A stretch of 58,531 bases of DNA, filler included, from Circinaria calcarea (lineage: Eukaryota), in the NCBI GenBank assembly GCA_051942165.1. It is 6 parts of 6 records of this genome, joined end to end, with 100 filler letters (N's around TTAATTAATTAA, not from the genome) between each part and the next. Parts side by side here need not be neighbours in the genome. Positions count along the whole stretch, not along the records: positions 39,136 to 48,789 come from JAVECS010000900.1; positions 48,890 to 58,531 come from JAVECS010000901.1; 4 more parts are not named here. One strand, given 5' to 3'. How positions within the stretch are numbered: position 1 is the first letter of the stretch; each line of letters opens with the position of its first letter. Both the position numbers and the translations under genes were made by a program. Positions 46,257 through 58,531 of this stretch are shown here, one piece after another. The notes under the pieces were generated by a model. That model was not told the DNA's origin. It was given only the letters and a program-made list of their open reading frames with translations, and ran no database searches.

Positions 46257-48054
46257 ATGATCGATTAGGAAGGCGACTTCATTGTTGATTCGAGGCCATT
46301 TAGACGAGTGTGCTGTTGTTGTGGATATATCTTATTAACAAAAAGCTGTGTGGCGCTAAGCATAAGTCTTCCCTTTTGCACTATCTTATACGGTTCAAGT
46401 CAACCTCGCTCTTTAGAGTTCTTTGAATGGGATTCGGTTACTTGTACAATATTTACCTGCACAATGATTAAACTCGTACCAGCAAAGAGGCTACGACATA
46501 CAAGAGCAGAAACCTAATATGCGCGATGCTGCACTCAATACTTAGCAAGTCACTTGAACCCATCGGACATATTCACCGCATTTGCGCCTATCTAATCACA
46601 TTATCTCCAGACCTTCTCCACGCGAGGTAATCCAAAAAGTCGCGCGTTTTTGCCTAATTCGGTGCCCCCAATTTGTACATTTGTCATGTCAAACCAGAAT
46701 GCTGCGATGACAGTCACGTCATTGCCATACTATTCAGACGATAGTTATTATGGCCCCCACAACTCAGCCTGAAAAGTATGTTACCGATAATACAGATATC
46801 TTACTCGCGCTGTTAGGTTAAGATATATATCAATAATCTGTGCTTAAGCGACCACGCTAAATCATACTGGCATTTCTTGCCAAGCCCAGGAAGCACCCTA
46901 AGAACGCGACCCAAGAGAATTGCCCTATCCTTGACGGACAGATCTGCACCTGCTAAGCCCCGGGTCTCCAGCTGGGTGACGCAAGTTACACAAATCATAA
47001 TGCAAGCTGGTCAGGCAATAGGGTAACAGAGATGATAACGCAGATGAGAGATAAAAAAGAGATTAGCACACTCACCGCCAAATGGCAGGTATGCGAGCCA
47101 GTTAGACGGCTAGTTTCTTAAGGTGTTGGGGGCTGATGTAAGCCGACTAGTATTTTAGCGAACTCTCTTACTCTTACCTAGTTACATGAGGATGCAGAAA
47201 TTCTATGAACCTTGAACAGTGCATTGCAGGAATACATCGGTCTGTCGGTCTGTCGGTCCACGTGTCGAGCTTTGACGGCTCGGGTCGACCTGTGGCTTAC
47301 GACCCGAGCCGTCGGTGATCGGTATAATATTAATGGAAGCTTAATTCATGGTAAGCTTACGAGTAAACCTTCCCTTCTGTTTGTTTTTTGAAATATATGC
47401 TTCAGAACCGTTTCGATCTTGGGGCGAATGAATACTGCAGGATTTAGAACCACGTCAAAATTTTATATCCTGTTTAGTCTACCACTCAACCGAACACGAG
47501 TCTCACCATATCCAGGCCAAGTGATCCTTACTCTACAAGACATTGTTGCATCGTCTGCAAGGCCTCCAATACTAAAGCCAATACGTACTGTACCGGTTGT
47601 ACTATTGGAGGCCTGACTCATATGCTCCCCACTGAGTTGTAACAATATGGTGTATATTGGATACTATCTGGTACTGTCTCTCAGAAAATACCAAATAGTA
47701 AGATGGGAAACAACATTGGGTACAGTCTCCGACCACCGATCTTTGTATCGACAATAGTGACAAATGCAACTGAATTAACAGCTAAAGGCTTAAGAACAGT
47801 TCAGCTGTATCTCACAGAGACTTTATTTGCATTTACAATTCATTTCTTGACTCTAGTCAAGAACGTTGCGACGTCATATATTCTAGCCCTTATGAGCTTT
47901 TAGAATATAAAAATCTGCTTCGTTCCTTTCGCTTTCCTCTACTCTCTTTATATCAGTGGGTCCTGTCATCTATCTGAGCATTGTCATTTATTTTCTACCA
48001 CGAATAATAGGAGTAGTTCAATCCATATATCTTGCGCACCGCTAAAATCTCAAC

Positions 48055-48789
48055 ATGAAGCAATATGAACAAGAACTTGATGTGGTGATTGCCGGAGCAG
48101 GCTTTGGAGGTCTACGGATGCTTCACGAGTTAGTATAGTATCTTTAGGCTCAAGAAACTATCTAACTTGAATTTTGTAGGCTGCGGCAGTTGGGATACAA
48201 TGTGACCCTCTTCGAGAAGGGGGCCGCTCTCGGTGGTATCTGGTACTGGAACTGTTATCCGGGAGCTCGTGTTGACAGCAACTCTCTCATTTACCAGTTT
48301 TCCAGCAAAGAGATATGGGAGGAATGGACCTGGAGCGAGCGATATCCCAGCTATGAAGAGATTCGCAGATATTTGGCATTCGTGGACAAGAAGTGGAATC
48401 TGAGCGAGAACATCGAATTTAACAGCGTAGTCACCCAGGCTCGTTTCGAGGAGACCACCCATCAATGGACCATCACTCTTGGTAGTGGGAAGATCGTTCG
48501 CGCTCGCTGGTTTATCTCAGCCCTCGGCTTTGCCTCGAAGCTCTACGTACCACACATGAACGGCCTTGAGAACTTCAAGGGAACTTGCTTTCACACTGCA
48601 GCTTGGCCCCAGGGAGGGATAGATACCAAAGGGAAACGTGTTGCTGTAATTGGGACCGGTGCAAGTGGAGTGCAAGTGATCCAGTCTCTTGCTTCCGAGG
48701 TCGGACATATGACCGTCTACCAACGCACGCCCAATTTGGCGCTCCCGATGCGACAAACCAAGCTGAACAAGTACAACGAGGCTCAGTTG
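48055..48789 (+). CDS. Baeyer-Villiger monooxygenase (cyclohexanone monooxygenase-like), 3'-truncated at contig end; one intron ~48129-48179
   Basis: DVVIAGAGFGG, LGGIWYWNCYPGARVDS, BVMO fingerprint FKGTCFHTAAWP, KRVAVIGTGASGVQ, YQRTPNLALPM. Confidence 0.93.
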
Positions 48790-48889
48790 NNNNNNNNNNN
48801 NNNNNNNNNNNNNNNNNNNNNNNNNNNNNNNNNTTAATTAATTAANNNNNNNNNNNNNNNNNNNNNNNNNNNNNNNNNNNNNNNNNNNN
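48790..48889. other. Artificial contig linker
   Basis: N44-TTAATTAATTAA-N44. Confidence 0.98.
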
Positions 48890-51421
48890 GCACCGCCCCT
48901 CGAGATGTAAGACCGATATAGTGTGGGGTTGACATGGGCACGCGACGAGTAAAGTGAACCTCACCAAGGCGAGGAGAAGTCTCATCTTCAGCACTGGGGG
49001 GATGAGAACATGACAGCAATGCAAAGGAAAAGGAATCAACAGGCGGAACGGCTAAAGCCTTGGGATTCGAGGTAGCCATCGCAGCAGCTGAGATCTTCGA
49101 GGTTAAGTGGGCAAAGCGTGTGAGTGTTGTACGGAAGCGGGACAGCTTGCAGTTGTTGATATTCGGATACTTTATCAACATATCGTGCTCATTCACTTGG
49201 ACGGACGAAACAATTGCAGCCCTAGCCTCGCTTATCTCCGCTAAAGTGTACTTTGCCTAGTCGGGAGAGTTTGGCTGATATATACTCTTATCATCCTAAA
49301 ACGAACAGCCCGTAGTCAGATGACACTTCTATAACTACCGCCAGTTGAATGAGCATATGGTTTCATAGCCGTCAACGGTAGAGGATGAGGAACGACTTGG
49401 TCCGAAGGATGGGATATGACAGCTAAAAATACTAATCCACCAGTCATAAACTTAAAGGTCGACGAGCATAATAGGACCGATTTGGTTACGTTGCTTCTCG
49501 ATAAAAGTTGTCTATATTGAAAGTGTATTACACTGCCATTTCAATGTAATCCCTCCAACAGCTTCAGTAGAATATGCCTCACTTTGCTAAGACACCATGA
49601 GGAAACAAATATCACCGGCCTTACTCCAACACTTAGCTAGAGATCTCCCTCTCTCCTCTTGATGCTCGCCAATGATATACCTGTAGCCAAGAACAATAAC
49701 ACAGCGAAGCCCAACAGATTGGCACTACGCCACATACCATGATACGGCTTAAGAACCCCTAGAGTGATCGTATGGAGTGTTAGCAGTTCCACGTACTGTA
49801 TTGATTAGCTCTACTTGGATTCGAGCCAGAAACGCCTTGAACCATCTGCGTGCTTCAACCTTCCGCTGCTCTGGCCGGGAGAGTTCGACAGCGCGAAGAG
49901 TCGCAATGAGCTCGGATTTCTAAAACATGAAAGCCTCTCATAGCCTCCGAGATCGATGAAGCTGCCACCGCTACAGCGATAAGTGCGTATGCCATGTCTG
50001 CCTCTGTTGGCTTATCTCAATACTGTGAAAGAAAGTATGAAGTCCACTCTGGCAGGTTCTAGCGCGTTATTGTATTTCCCTCCCATATCTGTCTGAGATC
50101 GATGGACCCAAGGAGGTTAGACTGGGCTACACTCGAAATGAAATACCGGGTTGGCTCAAGGCCATCTCTGGTATCCCTACTCGTTCTCGTGATAAGTCGC
50201 TGGAAACACTGGGTTGCTTGCGGTAGTCTGAGTAGAACAGTCTAGAGGAAAATATGGAAATAAGGTTGAAGGAGCTCGATTTTATAGCTTACTTTAAGTA
50301 GTAGGCTGTGCCGAGTACTTTAGGGCAAGCGGCGGGTGCAGAGACACCCCTAGTGCCTAGGTCAGAGTAGAAAACCGCTTATTTTTCACGAATGGGAACG
50401 GTTAATGAACGCTATAGTACTTCCGTCGCCCCTGGTGTATTTTGGCACTCCAAACTCTGAGCAGCTGTACGTGTTTAATCAATTATCTCAATATGGTTAT
50501 ATACTCTGATTTCTTAATCATCCGGTACCAAGAGCACACAATTTGTTACTTCTCCTGAAATAAAAATGGTTGGACCACATTGAGTCCGATGCTTCTGGCA
50601 TGGACATTGCCTGTATCAAATATAAGGGCATATGACCTTCCTTGTGCAAAACCCTTCCCTGAAATGGGCACGTATCATTTGAGCGTTCCGTAAATCCTAT
50701 CGATTGATTGTAAAAGTCGTTACGGTCATCGGATCCTAAGTTAATCAATCTAAAGTATATGAGGTCGTCTGTAAGAATTCAGCTCATCCAATTTATTGCC
50801 GCGCAAGTACCGCATGCTCCAGGTTGGCGGATTTGCACACAGCCATGATTTTGTGATGTGTACTGCTAACTATAGCTACGAGTCACTGGGTTCCTAAAGG
50901 CGTATAGAGTAGCAAGAAAGTAGAGAGACTGAATATTCACATAAAGCAGGAAAGAATAATTGACTAGCCGCGTTTAGCGTTCTAATGCTCAGAAAGCTGA
51001 TGGGTATGGCGCTATTAAACAGCGAAAGGCCATAGAAAAGGATACGCTCGAGTTGACAGAGGCGGACAAAAGTAACAATAGAGTTGATAGAGCTATGGCA
51101 CGACATTAGCAGATTCAGAATATAGATAACTTGCTCTAAGTGATCTAGACGCTCGTAGAAGGTAGGCTGTTCACGCGTGATAGTTTATGATCTCGATTCT
51201 TCAACTACCACATAAGTGTATCAGTCTTTGGAACATGGGTCAACTGAAGGCTAAACAAAAGCCTGTGAAATGGGTATAAACTAAACAACAAGGGTATTAG
51301 AAAGTAATGTTCATCCAGAACAAAACATATCCGTCAGGATAGAAACACCAAACCCCAGTTACGCTAACACAGCACCGAAAAGTAACGTCATCTATTACCC
51401 AAGTTCCAGAAAATAACCCCT

Positions 51422-53203
51422 TCACGACATTACCCTAGAGTCTCTATTTGCACTCATCTCCGGCAATGAACCATCCCCAGTTTCATGTACGACGTTCGGC
51501 GCATCAAGCTCATGAATCGCATGGTGCCGCTGCGAATAAGGCGGAACAGGGTGTTCTGGCTTTTTGTCGTTATAGTATCCACCTACTGGAGGAGGTGGTG
51601 GCGGTGAGGGCAACGCTTGGGCTGGTTGCTGCTTTCTCCGCTTGCGCCGCATTATAATGCATCCCAGGAGTATACCGAGCAATATCAATACCACAGCAGC
51701 GATGCCGATGCCGATTCCCGCTTTCGCTCCAGTACTGAGTCCCGGATCCAATGTGGCAGGAGTGTTAGTCGGTCCGTCAATGCCACCACTTGTGTTGTCG
51801 GAGGTAGAGTTTTTGGGAAGTGCAATGGTGGTCCACTTTCGATTCCAGCTATCAGCAAAGGTATCGATTGGGTTCGAGCGAATAGTTGCGTCGGATGTCT
51901 GGATGGTGGTGATTTGAATTGGTCCGCTATCTGGCCCTGGAGCCTGACCAACAAAAAACTTCCCTTGATCGTAGTTGACACCGAGGAAAGCTGCTTGCAG
52001 AAAAGCTCGACCGAGATAGTAGCCACCATCTGGTGTATAATAAGGTTTGCATGGGAAATAGGGTTGTGGTGAGTTGAGAATGGGCGTTTCAAGGGTTAAG
52101 TTGAGAAGCGCAAAGGGAACTTTAATCGAGACGTTCTGACCTATGGATTGCTGGAAGGTGAACTGTAGATAGGCCGGCGAAGAGACGATGCGTAGGTATT
52201 GAGGATCGTTTTTGTTCCAGGTATAGAGACCGGAGCTAGATTGGTATGTTACCGGCAGGTATTGAGCAATAGCATCACAAGTTGCGGCGGGTAGGAACAT
52301 GTAAGGCACGGCCGGATTTAACGTAACGGACGCTGAGGTGTTGCGGTCAAATCTAAAAAGGCCATCTTCAACTGAGGATGAATTGAAAGGCGATCCACCA
52401 GTCTCAACACCCATGGTGATATCAATCAGCGATACGATCGGGGTTGATCCACCTTCGCCGACGAAGTCGAATGATGCCGCGGTTCCTTGTCCTAGCACAC
52501 GACTCTTGTCAAAGCCACCTAAAGTCAGGGAGCCGGGCTGGCCTTGCACAACGGACCCTATGTGAAGTCCCCAGGAGCTCGAAGATATTGAACCATTGCG
52601 CTTCAGATAGCCTGTCAACATATTTCCAATTATGCTTGAGCCGTTATTCTGGCCGAAACTTTGTTCAGGATTTGGCGCTCCAAGGGTCAGCAGACCTACT
52701 TGCGAAGGGTAGTAATTTCCATTGGGTAACATGGCGTTGGATGAGTTCACGGCAGCAAACACGAACTGAGGGATGCTGTAAGATAATCCTGGCGAATGGA
52801 TGGTGAGCGTATCCAATATCATCTGTCTCTCTCCAGTAATGTTCATGGCCACATCGCTCCCCCAGACACCGAGATCCGGCTCAAACTGTACATCGTAATT
52901 CGCAGTCTGCGAGTTGCCTGGATTGTACAGGCCGGCTTCACTCGCAAGGCAAGCACTGGTGGAGCCGTTGCATACAGCGTTCGTGAAGATAACGGCATCC
53001 CAGGAACCCCCAGGGTATACGGTAACGCTGTCACCATCGACGTCAGGTGGATTGGCTTGTCCCACCACTACATCGACACCTTGCCACGGTCCGTCTGGCC
53101 CAAAGGTCTGGGAGCTCCATGACATTTGGATTGGCTTCACCTCGCAGGCCGCCAGGGACACCAAGGCCCAGACGAGTGCAGCTGCCGGCGACAAGTGCTT
53201 CAT
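51422..53203 (-). CDS. Type I membrane protein with aspartic-protease (A1)-like ectodomain, catalytic Asp motifs absent
   Basis: Signal peptide, FGPDGPW, SSSWGLHIGS, GSLTLGGFDKSR, YYLGRAFLQAAF, TM GAKAGIGIGIAAVVLILLGILLGCII followed by RRKRRK, Pro-rich tail with HEL. Confidence 0.85.
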   Translation of the reverse strand: MKHLSPAAALVWALVSLAACEVKPIQMSWSSQTFGPDGPWQGVDVVVGQANPPDVDGDSVTVYPGGSWDAVIFTNAVCNGSTSACLASEAGLYNPGNSQTANYDVQFEPDLGVWGSDVAMNITGERQMILDTLTIHSPGLSYSIPQFVFAAVNSSNAMLPNGNYYPSQVGLLTLGAPNPEQSFGQNNGSSIIGNMLTGYLKRNGSISSSSWGLHIGSVVQGQPGSLTLGGFDKSRVLGQGTAASFDFVGEGGSTPIVSLIDITMGVETGGSPFNSSSVEDGLFRFDRNTSASVTLNPAVPYMFLPAATCDAIAQYLPVTYQSSSGLYTWNKNDPQYLRIVSSPAYLQFTFQQSIGQNVSIKVPFALLNLTLETPILNSPQPYFPCKPYYTPDGGYYLGRAFLQAAFLGVNYDQGKFFVGQAPGPDSGPIQITTIQTSDATIRSNPIDTFADSWNRKWTTIALPKNSTSDNTSGGIDGPTNTPATLDPGLSTGAKAGIGIGIAAVVLILLGILLGCIIMRRKRRKQQPAQALPSPPPPPPVGGYYNDKKPEHPVPPYSQRHHAIHELDAPNVVHETGDGSLPEMSANRDSRVMS

Positions 53204-55272
53204 CGTAACGGTGGTGGACCGCACGCGGGGAAGGCGCTGTGCACCACTGTGCGCCTAGGTGTTAGGAAGCCCTCAAGATATAGGATGTTTGGTTATAGAT
53301 TTAGATGACAGCAAAGACTTTGTGGAGGTGCTCGTGATGTCTCGCGTCAACTATCAGACATATCAAACAGTGTAGTGGAAGTCCACCACAATGGAAATCA
53401 CGCAGAAGAGGGCCGGGGGATAACCGGGAGACAAGAAACCTTACCGAAGGCACAAAAAGATCCCACGTCTCATGGGGGGTTGGAGAGGAAAGATGGGTGG
53501 GGGAAGGAGGAGGAGGGAAAGGTTGAGTGGTCAGCCTTGCCTGAAGATTCAGACGGTATCTTGTTGAGGTTAGCCATTCGATAAATTCGCCGTGGCATAG
53601 TCACTCAATCAGTTGATCAACAGGCCTGGCGAGGATTGGTTGATTGCCACTTGTAACCAGCCATGTTGCCCACCCATGCAGATGGATCCTTCGGGACATT
53701 CAGAGCGTGCCGGAGCGCCAAACCAACATCGTTTTATGCAACGGACTGTTGGCGCAGCTCAATCGCAGCAAAGCTAAACCATAGCCAAGCCTCCCAATTG
53801 CATGTACCGTAGCGCGGCTGTAACCGATAGGTAGGAGGACGATGATGGTGTTGAAAGAAATTATTAATAGTCGAAATTTGATAGTCGAGAGGCTGGGAGG
53901 ATCATCAAATATCGACTGATGGCGGGCGGGAGGACTAAGCTCGGTTGAGGATGGTGTACCAAGGAATAAGGTAACGATATGCAGGGGGCCGATGTTTTCT
54001 GTTCCTGTTCCTGTTTCAGACACAAATTACCCCCGTTGGGACCCACTTTGCCCGGCTCTCAACGTTATTCCGAGGGCCGCTCATCTTATTTGCCAGCCCA
54101 AACACGGGTGATAAGGTAGGTAGACGGAGAATAGTAATGTGGGGGCCGTGTCTTGGGGGGTTATGGATGCTGGTTCTCTGGTACTCGGTAGCGTCGTGGA
54201 ACCAACGTGGACAGTAGAAATATACTCCGTCAAGGAGTTCCAAATCAGACGTGAGGTTCTCACACACCCTCGACCGAGCCGCACCGGTTTCTGCATGTCG
54301 ACTCTTGGTTGAAAGCGCGCGAAAGGTTCCAGGCGGGGAGTATGACCAAAATTGGGTTCCAATCCCATTAGCGCTGCTTGTGGTAGCCTGGTGGTTTCCC
54401 CGTCCTGTTTTCTCTGGTCTCGGGGGACGAAGAAACCATGGTTCATTGCCACCTTGCCGTCTTCGAACGGGCAGCGGTACGGAAGTCTCCCTCATAATTA
54501 CATTTTAATTCCTCTTACCATTGTGTATACTAGCCCCAAAGACCGTTAAAGTTGGCACCTTGGCTCGTACTCCAGTGGAATCCCCGTCCCTCGATAACCT
54601 GCTGCGACCCTGTTAGTTTACAAATTTGCGCCACAGCTGGGCAACATCGTCCTGCAGGTACGAAGAGTCAGCGTCCTTTAAAGCTGTAGAATGTCAAGAA
54701 GCGTTGTGTGACGGCGGTGAAACGCCTTGTCATCTTGCTCCTCGCTAAGCACGGTGATTGGTTTACCCGTGCTGTTGAAAGTCGGTCTTGGCTCATGGAG
54801 TACAGGCCCAGAGTCCGGTAAGATTAACGGTAAGCCTCAAAACGTACGGAGTAGCGGCGGCATCTTCCGCCCATCCAACCAAAATCAAATCAGACGAAAT
54901 TCAACGGGTAAACCTGCAAGCAAAGGCGGGAAACAAAGAAGTACTTTGTCAGCACACCTCAACGGTCAGCTGTTGCTGTCTAGGCGGCAACGTCTATCAT
55001 GCCCACAATAGATTCCGCCTGTAGTCCAGCACGAGTGGTTGAACAATCATCGGGACAGAATCCACGTCAGCGGGAAGCGGATTCCAACGCACATGGTGTG
55101 AATACGATAGGTACATGGCTGTTTATTGTACGTACCATTTGAATCTGCGCTAGGCCCTGCTGGGCTGGTTCCTGAACGGCCATCGCCGCTGATCAGACTC
55201 GGTGCATCCATCCATTCCCTCAGTCAGGCCGGGCACGGCTGGCTAGATAGGCTGCCCGAGGTCGCAGGCGAC

Positions 55273-56610
55273 ATGCACTTCCCATCGCTGTTCAAGCAGT
55301 TTCGATACTCGCACTTGGGTCAAGATACCGTCACTGTCAACGGGAACGCGACGAGCCTCAACCATCTATACATGAGATCGGTATTGGCCTCGAAGCGCCT
55401 GCGCATAGCCGTGTCCGTTACCCTCCTCTTTTTCCTCGTCGCCGTTGCTGTCCTTTTCCATGATCGCCTCGCTCTCCCATCCTACACATTACCATCGCCA
55501 GCTTCAAAAACTAGTTCAGAATCAACGACTCCTGCATCAGCGACTCTAGGATCAAATCACAATCACCTAGTCTCGACCAATGAAGATGTTCTTGAAGCAG
55601 TCGCTCCGAGCGTCGACTGGTCACGCTTTGCCTATGTACAATACGTCACAAATACCCAGTACCTCTGCAACTCCGTCATGCTCTTTGCGATCCTAGAACG
55701 CTTAGGTTGTCGCTCGGAGCGTCTGATGATGTATCCCGAGGGCTGGAAACCAGATACGAGCAAGGGGGACGAGGAGACTGATGAATCTCGACTTCTGCGG
55801 ACAGCCCGCGACAAGTACAAGGTGAACCTACAACCGATTCACGTCCAGGCAAGGGCCAGCGCAGATTGTGAGTAGCTCAATCCATACTATTACGATGGTC
55901 CTTGACGAATGCAGCAGCAACCTGGGCGGAAAGTTACACGAAACTGCTTGCAATGAACCAAACCCATTACGACCGCGTTCTCAGCCTAGACTCTGACTCG
56001 ACCGTCCTCCAATGCCTGGACGAGCTCTTTCTACTTCCCCACACCCCTGTGGCTATGCCTCGTGCCTATTGGCAGTGGACGGATGCTAAATACGAGCTTA
56101 GCTCCCAGCTTCTTTTGGTGGAGACCAATGCAACAGAGTTTGACCGCGTTATGAGGGCGGTTGACTCGGCGCCTAGGAACGACTATGACATGGATATACT
56201 AAACCACATGTACTCGGCAAGTGCAATGGTTTTACCGCATCGAGAATATGATCTCTTGACCGGCGAATTCAGGGGAGGGCCTGATAAAGATCACAGCCTT
56301 TTTCTAGGAAACCCAGAAGAGAAGTGGGATCCAAAGAAGGTACTTGCAGATGCTAAATTCTTGCATTTTTCGGACTGGCCTATACAGAAGGTGAGCTTTC
56401 CACTTATTAACCAATAATGGCAACAACTTTCTTCTTCGTACTTCCACACTGACTCCTTACCCACAGCCATGGAAGATTACACCAGAAACCACGCTGGATA
56501 CCCACGCGCCCAAATGCCATGAAGATGATTGCACATCGCGAGATATATGGTTTGGCTTTTACGAAGACTTCAAGAAGCGGCGGAAGGAGGTTTGTAATTT
56601 TGACGTTTAG
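55273..56610 (+). CDS. Glycosyltransferase family 8, Gnt1-like N-acetylglucosaminyltransferase; 3 exons
   Basis: TM anchor, VDWSRFAYVQYVTN..YLCNSVMLF, TWAESYTKLLAMNQTHYDRVLSLDSD, PVAMPRAYW, YDMDILN, YDLLTGEF, HFSDWPIQK|PW. Confidence 0.9.
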
Positions 56611-56874
56611 ATGTTGGATGGACCCGACAGTATTACTGACCCCAATGTACTTTTATTTGTTTTAGACCTCGAGTCTATTACCTTACTACTTCCGAAGTCT
56701 GGAAACCCTTACAAGGTACAGATGTTGTGAACACAATTGATCCAATGATTATGGATAACCGTATGTTGATCTTCGGCGAAAAATGTCGGCCCCTTTCAAT
56801 TGGATGGTACCTGGAATCCAATCTTAGTCTGGGCGGCCGAATAGCCGTCCGATAACATTTACACTGAGGGAGCA

Positions 56875-57630
56875 ATGGAGGCGATTTTGGAGCTGCCACT
56901 ACCTTCCACCGAGCCATCCAAATCCCCTTCCCTGACGTTGACAAGTCGTTGGTACGATATGGAGCTATACCTTTTCTTTTTCCCAATGCCGGTCTCTATA
57001 GCTCTACGTATTTTTGCTGGAATCAGAAACGTCAAGGTGTTCCTGTTGTTGTCACATTACAGCAGTGATCTCAGAACTGGGGCTCGTGTTGAAGCCACAT
57101 ATGTGAATCTCGAACCAGTATTGTGGACCTTTGAATTACTCAGGGCGCCGGCGTCTGATATGAGGAACTCGAAAATCCTCAAGAACTTTCCCAAAAAGTC
57201 GGTCCACGTGATGTTGACTTTATGCGAATGTCGGTAAAGTAAGAGGAAGGGTATGGAGGCTCGGGATACTAAGGGGAATAATTTCGCCGCTATGCTGTAT
57301 GAAATGTTCCAATGGGCTGTACACAAATAAGCGATAACTACGAGGTCGATGCCAACGGATGGATTTATTTGGGAAACGTGGAGTAGAATGGACCAACGTT
57401 CAAATCCAGCCAACGGAACGGCTACTGTGTTTGTGCGGGACCTCAGAATCGACTGGCCAGATACACGTCTGTCTTCCTTCTCTACCTTCCATCCCCTTGC
57501 CTCTGGACCGTTCTCCCCGCGGCTTATTCTTCCGGGTCTCGCTATGGCGACCTTGCTCTCCGTGCTCCTAAATTCATCAGCGGCGATGTCTACTTCACCT
57601 CAGCCGGCTAGCTACCTTCTCGGGCACTGA
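56875..57630 (+). pseudogene. Possible decayed ORF of unknown family
   Basis: ORFs 56875-57237 and 57349-57630 are in the same frame and are separated only by two TAA codons. Confidence 0.25.
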
Positions 57631-58308
57631 CCACCGCATCCGAGCTGGCGGACTGATGAGAGTGGAAATTCCCAGGGAATTGTGCGAGGGTCAAGCTGAT
57701 TTTGACTGGGGCATTTTTTCCACCTGTAGATAAGAAAGTAGCTGACGGCGATTCGAAGGCGACAAAACGCAAGCGGTCGACTTTATGTGAGGAGTAATAA
57801 TGTGATGACTCTCTCGCTCGGTGATAGGATCATGTTACAGCAATCTACCTTTGTCATATTGTAAACTATTTAATGTTGTTACAAATCTTCGGCCAGAGTT
57901 GTATACTTTATATTCATTTGGTTGTGGCAGACCAGCAATTCTCACCCTACACATTTAAGACCGTCCTGACAAACTATGAGAGTGTCTGCCTCACGTGTTC
58001 GCCTAGCCGAGCATAGGGCTGGCCGGAAAGAGATTAGGAGCGGGTGGAGCGGCTCTTAAATGTGCCCCGAAGCCGTAGATCCATCTCAGCAACGACATGA
58101 ATGTATCCCACCGGCAGCGGAGGTATGGTGTATACTCCGTGCGCCCGAGCCTTGGTGCTGGTGATGCTATTCCCGAGATGGTGTCTTTAGGCAACAGTGA
58201 TTTGAGTTCGGGCTCATATGTCGAGGCTTTTCCCTCCTCGATGACTATATAAAGCTAGGTTGTATAGTGCAAAGACGTCTGGGAGAAGAGCGTTGGACAC
58301 TGCATCAA

Positions 58309-58531
58309 ATGGCGATCCTATCGGCCGTCCTAACCACTGTATCGTCTCTGGGGACTTATCACCTCCTAGCATACGGTACCCTTTTGGGCACACAACTCTT
58401 CCAGGTTAATGCTTCCCACATGCGTCTTACATCTTTCCAATTAACGATCCTAGACCTTCATCAACACCAGTCTCTGCTATCGTAACCTTCCAATGCCGCA
58501 GTTTACCAGCCTTCAGAAAAAGCTGTTCCCC
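58309..58531 (+). CDS. DUF4149/TMEM205-like membrane protein, 3'-truncated; intron 58405-58453
   Basis: YHLLAYGTLLGTQLFQ|TFINTSLCYRNLPMPQFTSLQKKLFP. Confidence 0.8.

Noticed and set aside
48890..51200. Possible gene in the first 2.3 kb of contig 6
   Set aside because: An intron-like signal (~50822-50876) exists, but all frames are closed by frequent stops and no family is recognisable.
53300..55100. Overlapping 60-160 aa ORFs between the pseudo-protease and GT8 genes
   Set aside because: No motifs and mostly non-ATG starts; the region is best explained as a divergent intergenic/promoter region.
1..58531. tRNA, rRNA or Starship captain (tyrosine recombinase) genes
   Set aside because: None recognised by eye; tRNAscan-SE, Infernal and a DUF3435 HMM search would be needed to exclude them formally.

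Overview
Filamentous ascomycete (Pezizomycotina) genomic DNA with short spliceosomal introns and signs of RIP-like C>T/G>A decay. The window is not one locus. It is six contigs of decreasing length (9701, 9688, 9673, 9673, 9654, 9642 bp) joined by identical artificial 100-bp linkers (N44-TTAATTAATTAA-N44), so gene neighbourhoods are meaningful only within a contig. Contig 1 holds degraded sequence, two foldback-like repeat arrays and a forkhead transcription factor. Contig 2 holds a Cdc34/Ubc3 E2, RING-like and SNF2-like relics, a GT69 mannosyltransferase and an NB-ARC (NLR-like) pseudogene. Contig 3 is the most interesting. It has a compact three-gene module: a ~977-aa Ser/Thr kinase with a C-terminal beta-propeller-like region, a head-to-head 56-aa microprotein gene hidden by two GC-AG introns and absent from the ORF track, and a convergent CorA-like 2-TM gene lacking the GMN motif. 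A decayed Tc1/mariner element sits between the last two. Contig 4 holds hacA/HAC1 with its 20-nt Ire1 intron, the ENP1/bystin and BRE2/cclA pair, and a Zn-alcohol dehydrogenase. Contig 5 holds an AhpD/CMD-like gene, two secreted beta-propeller (lactonase-like) genes, an MFS transporter and a Baeyer-Villiger monooxygenase. Contig 6 holds a membrane-anchored aspartic-protease-like protein lacking catalytic Asp motifs, a GT8 GNT1-like gene and a partial DUF4149/TMEM205-like gene. All family calls come from motif recognition by eye; no database search was run.
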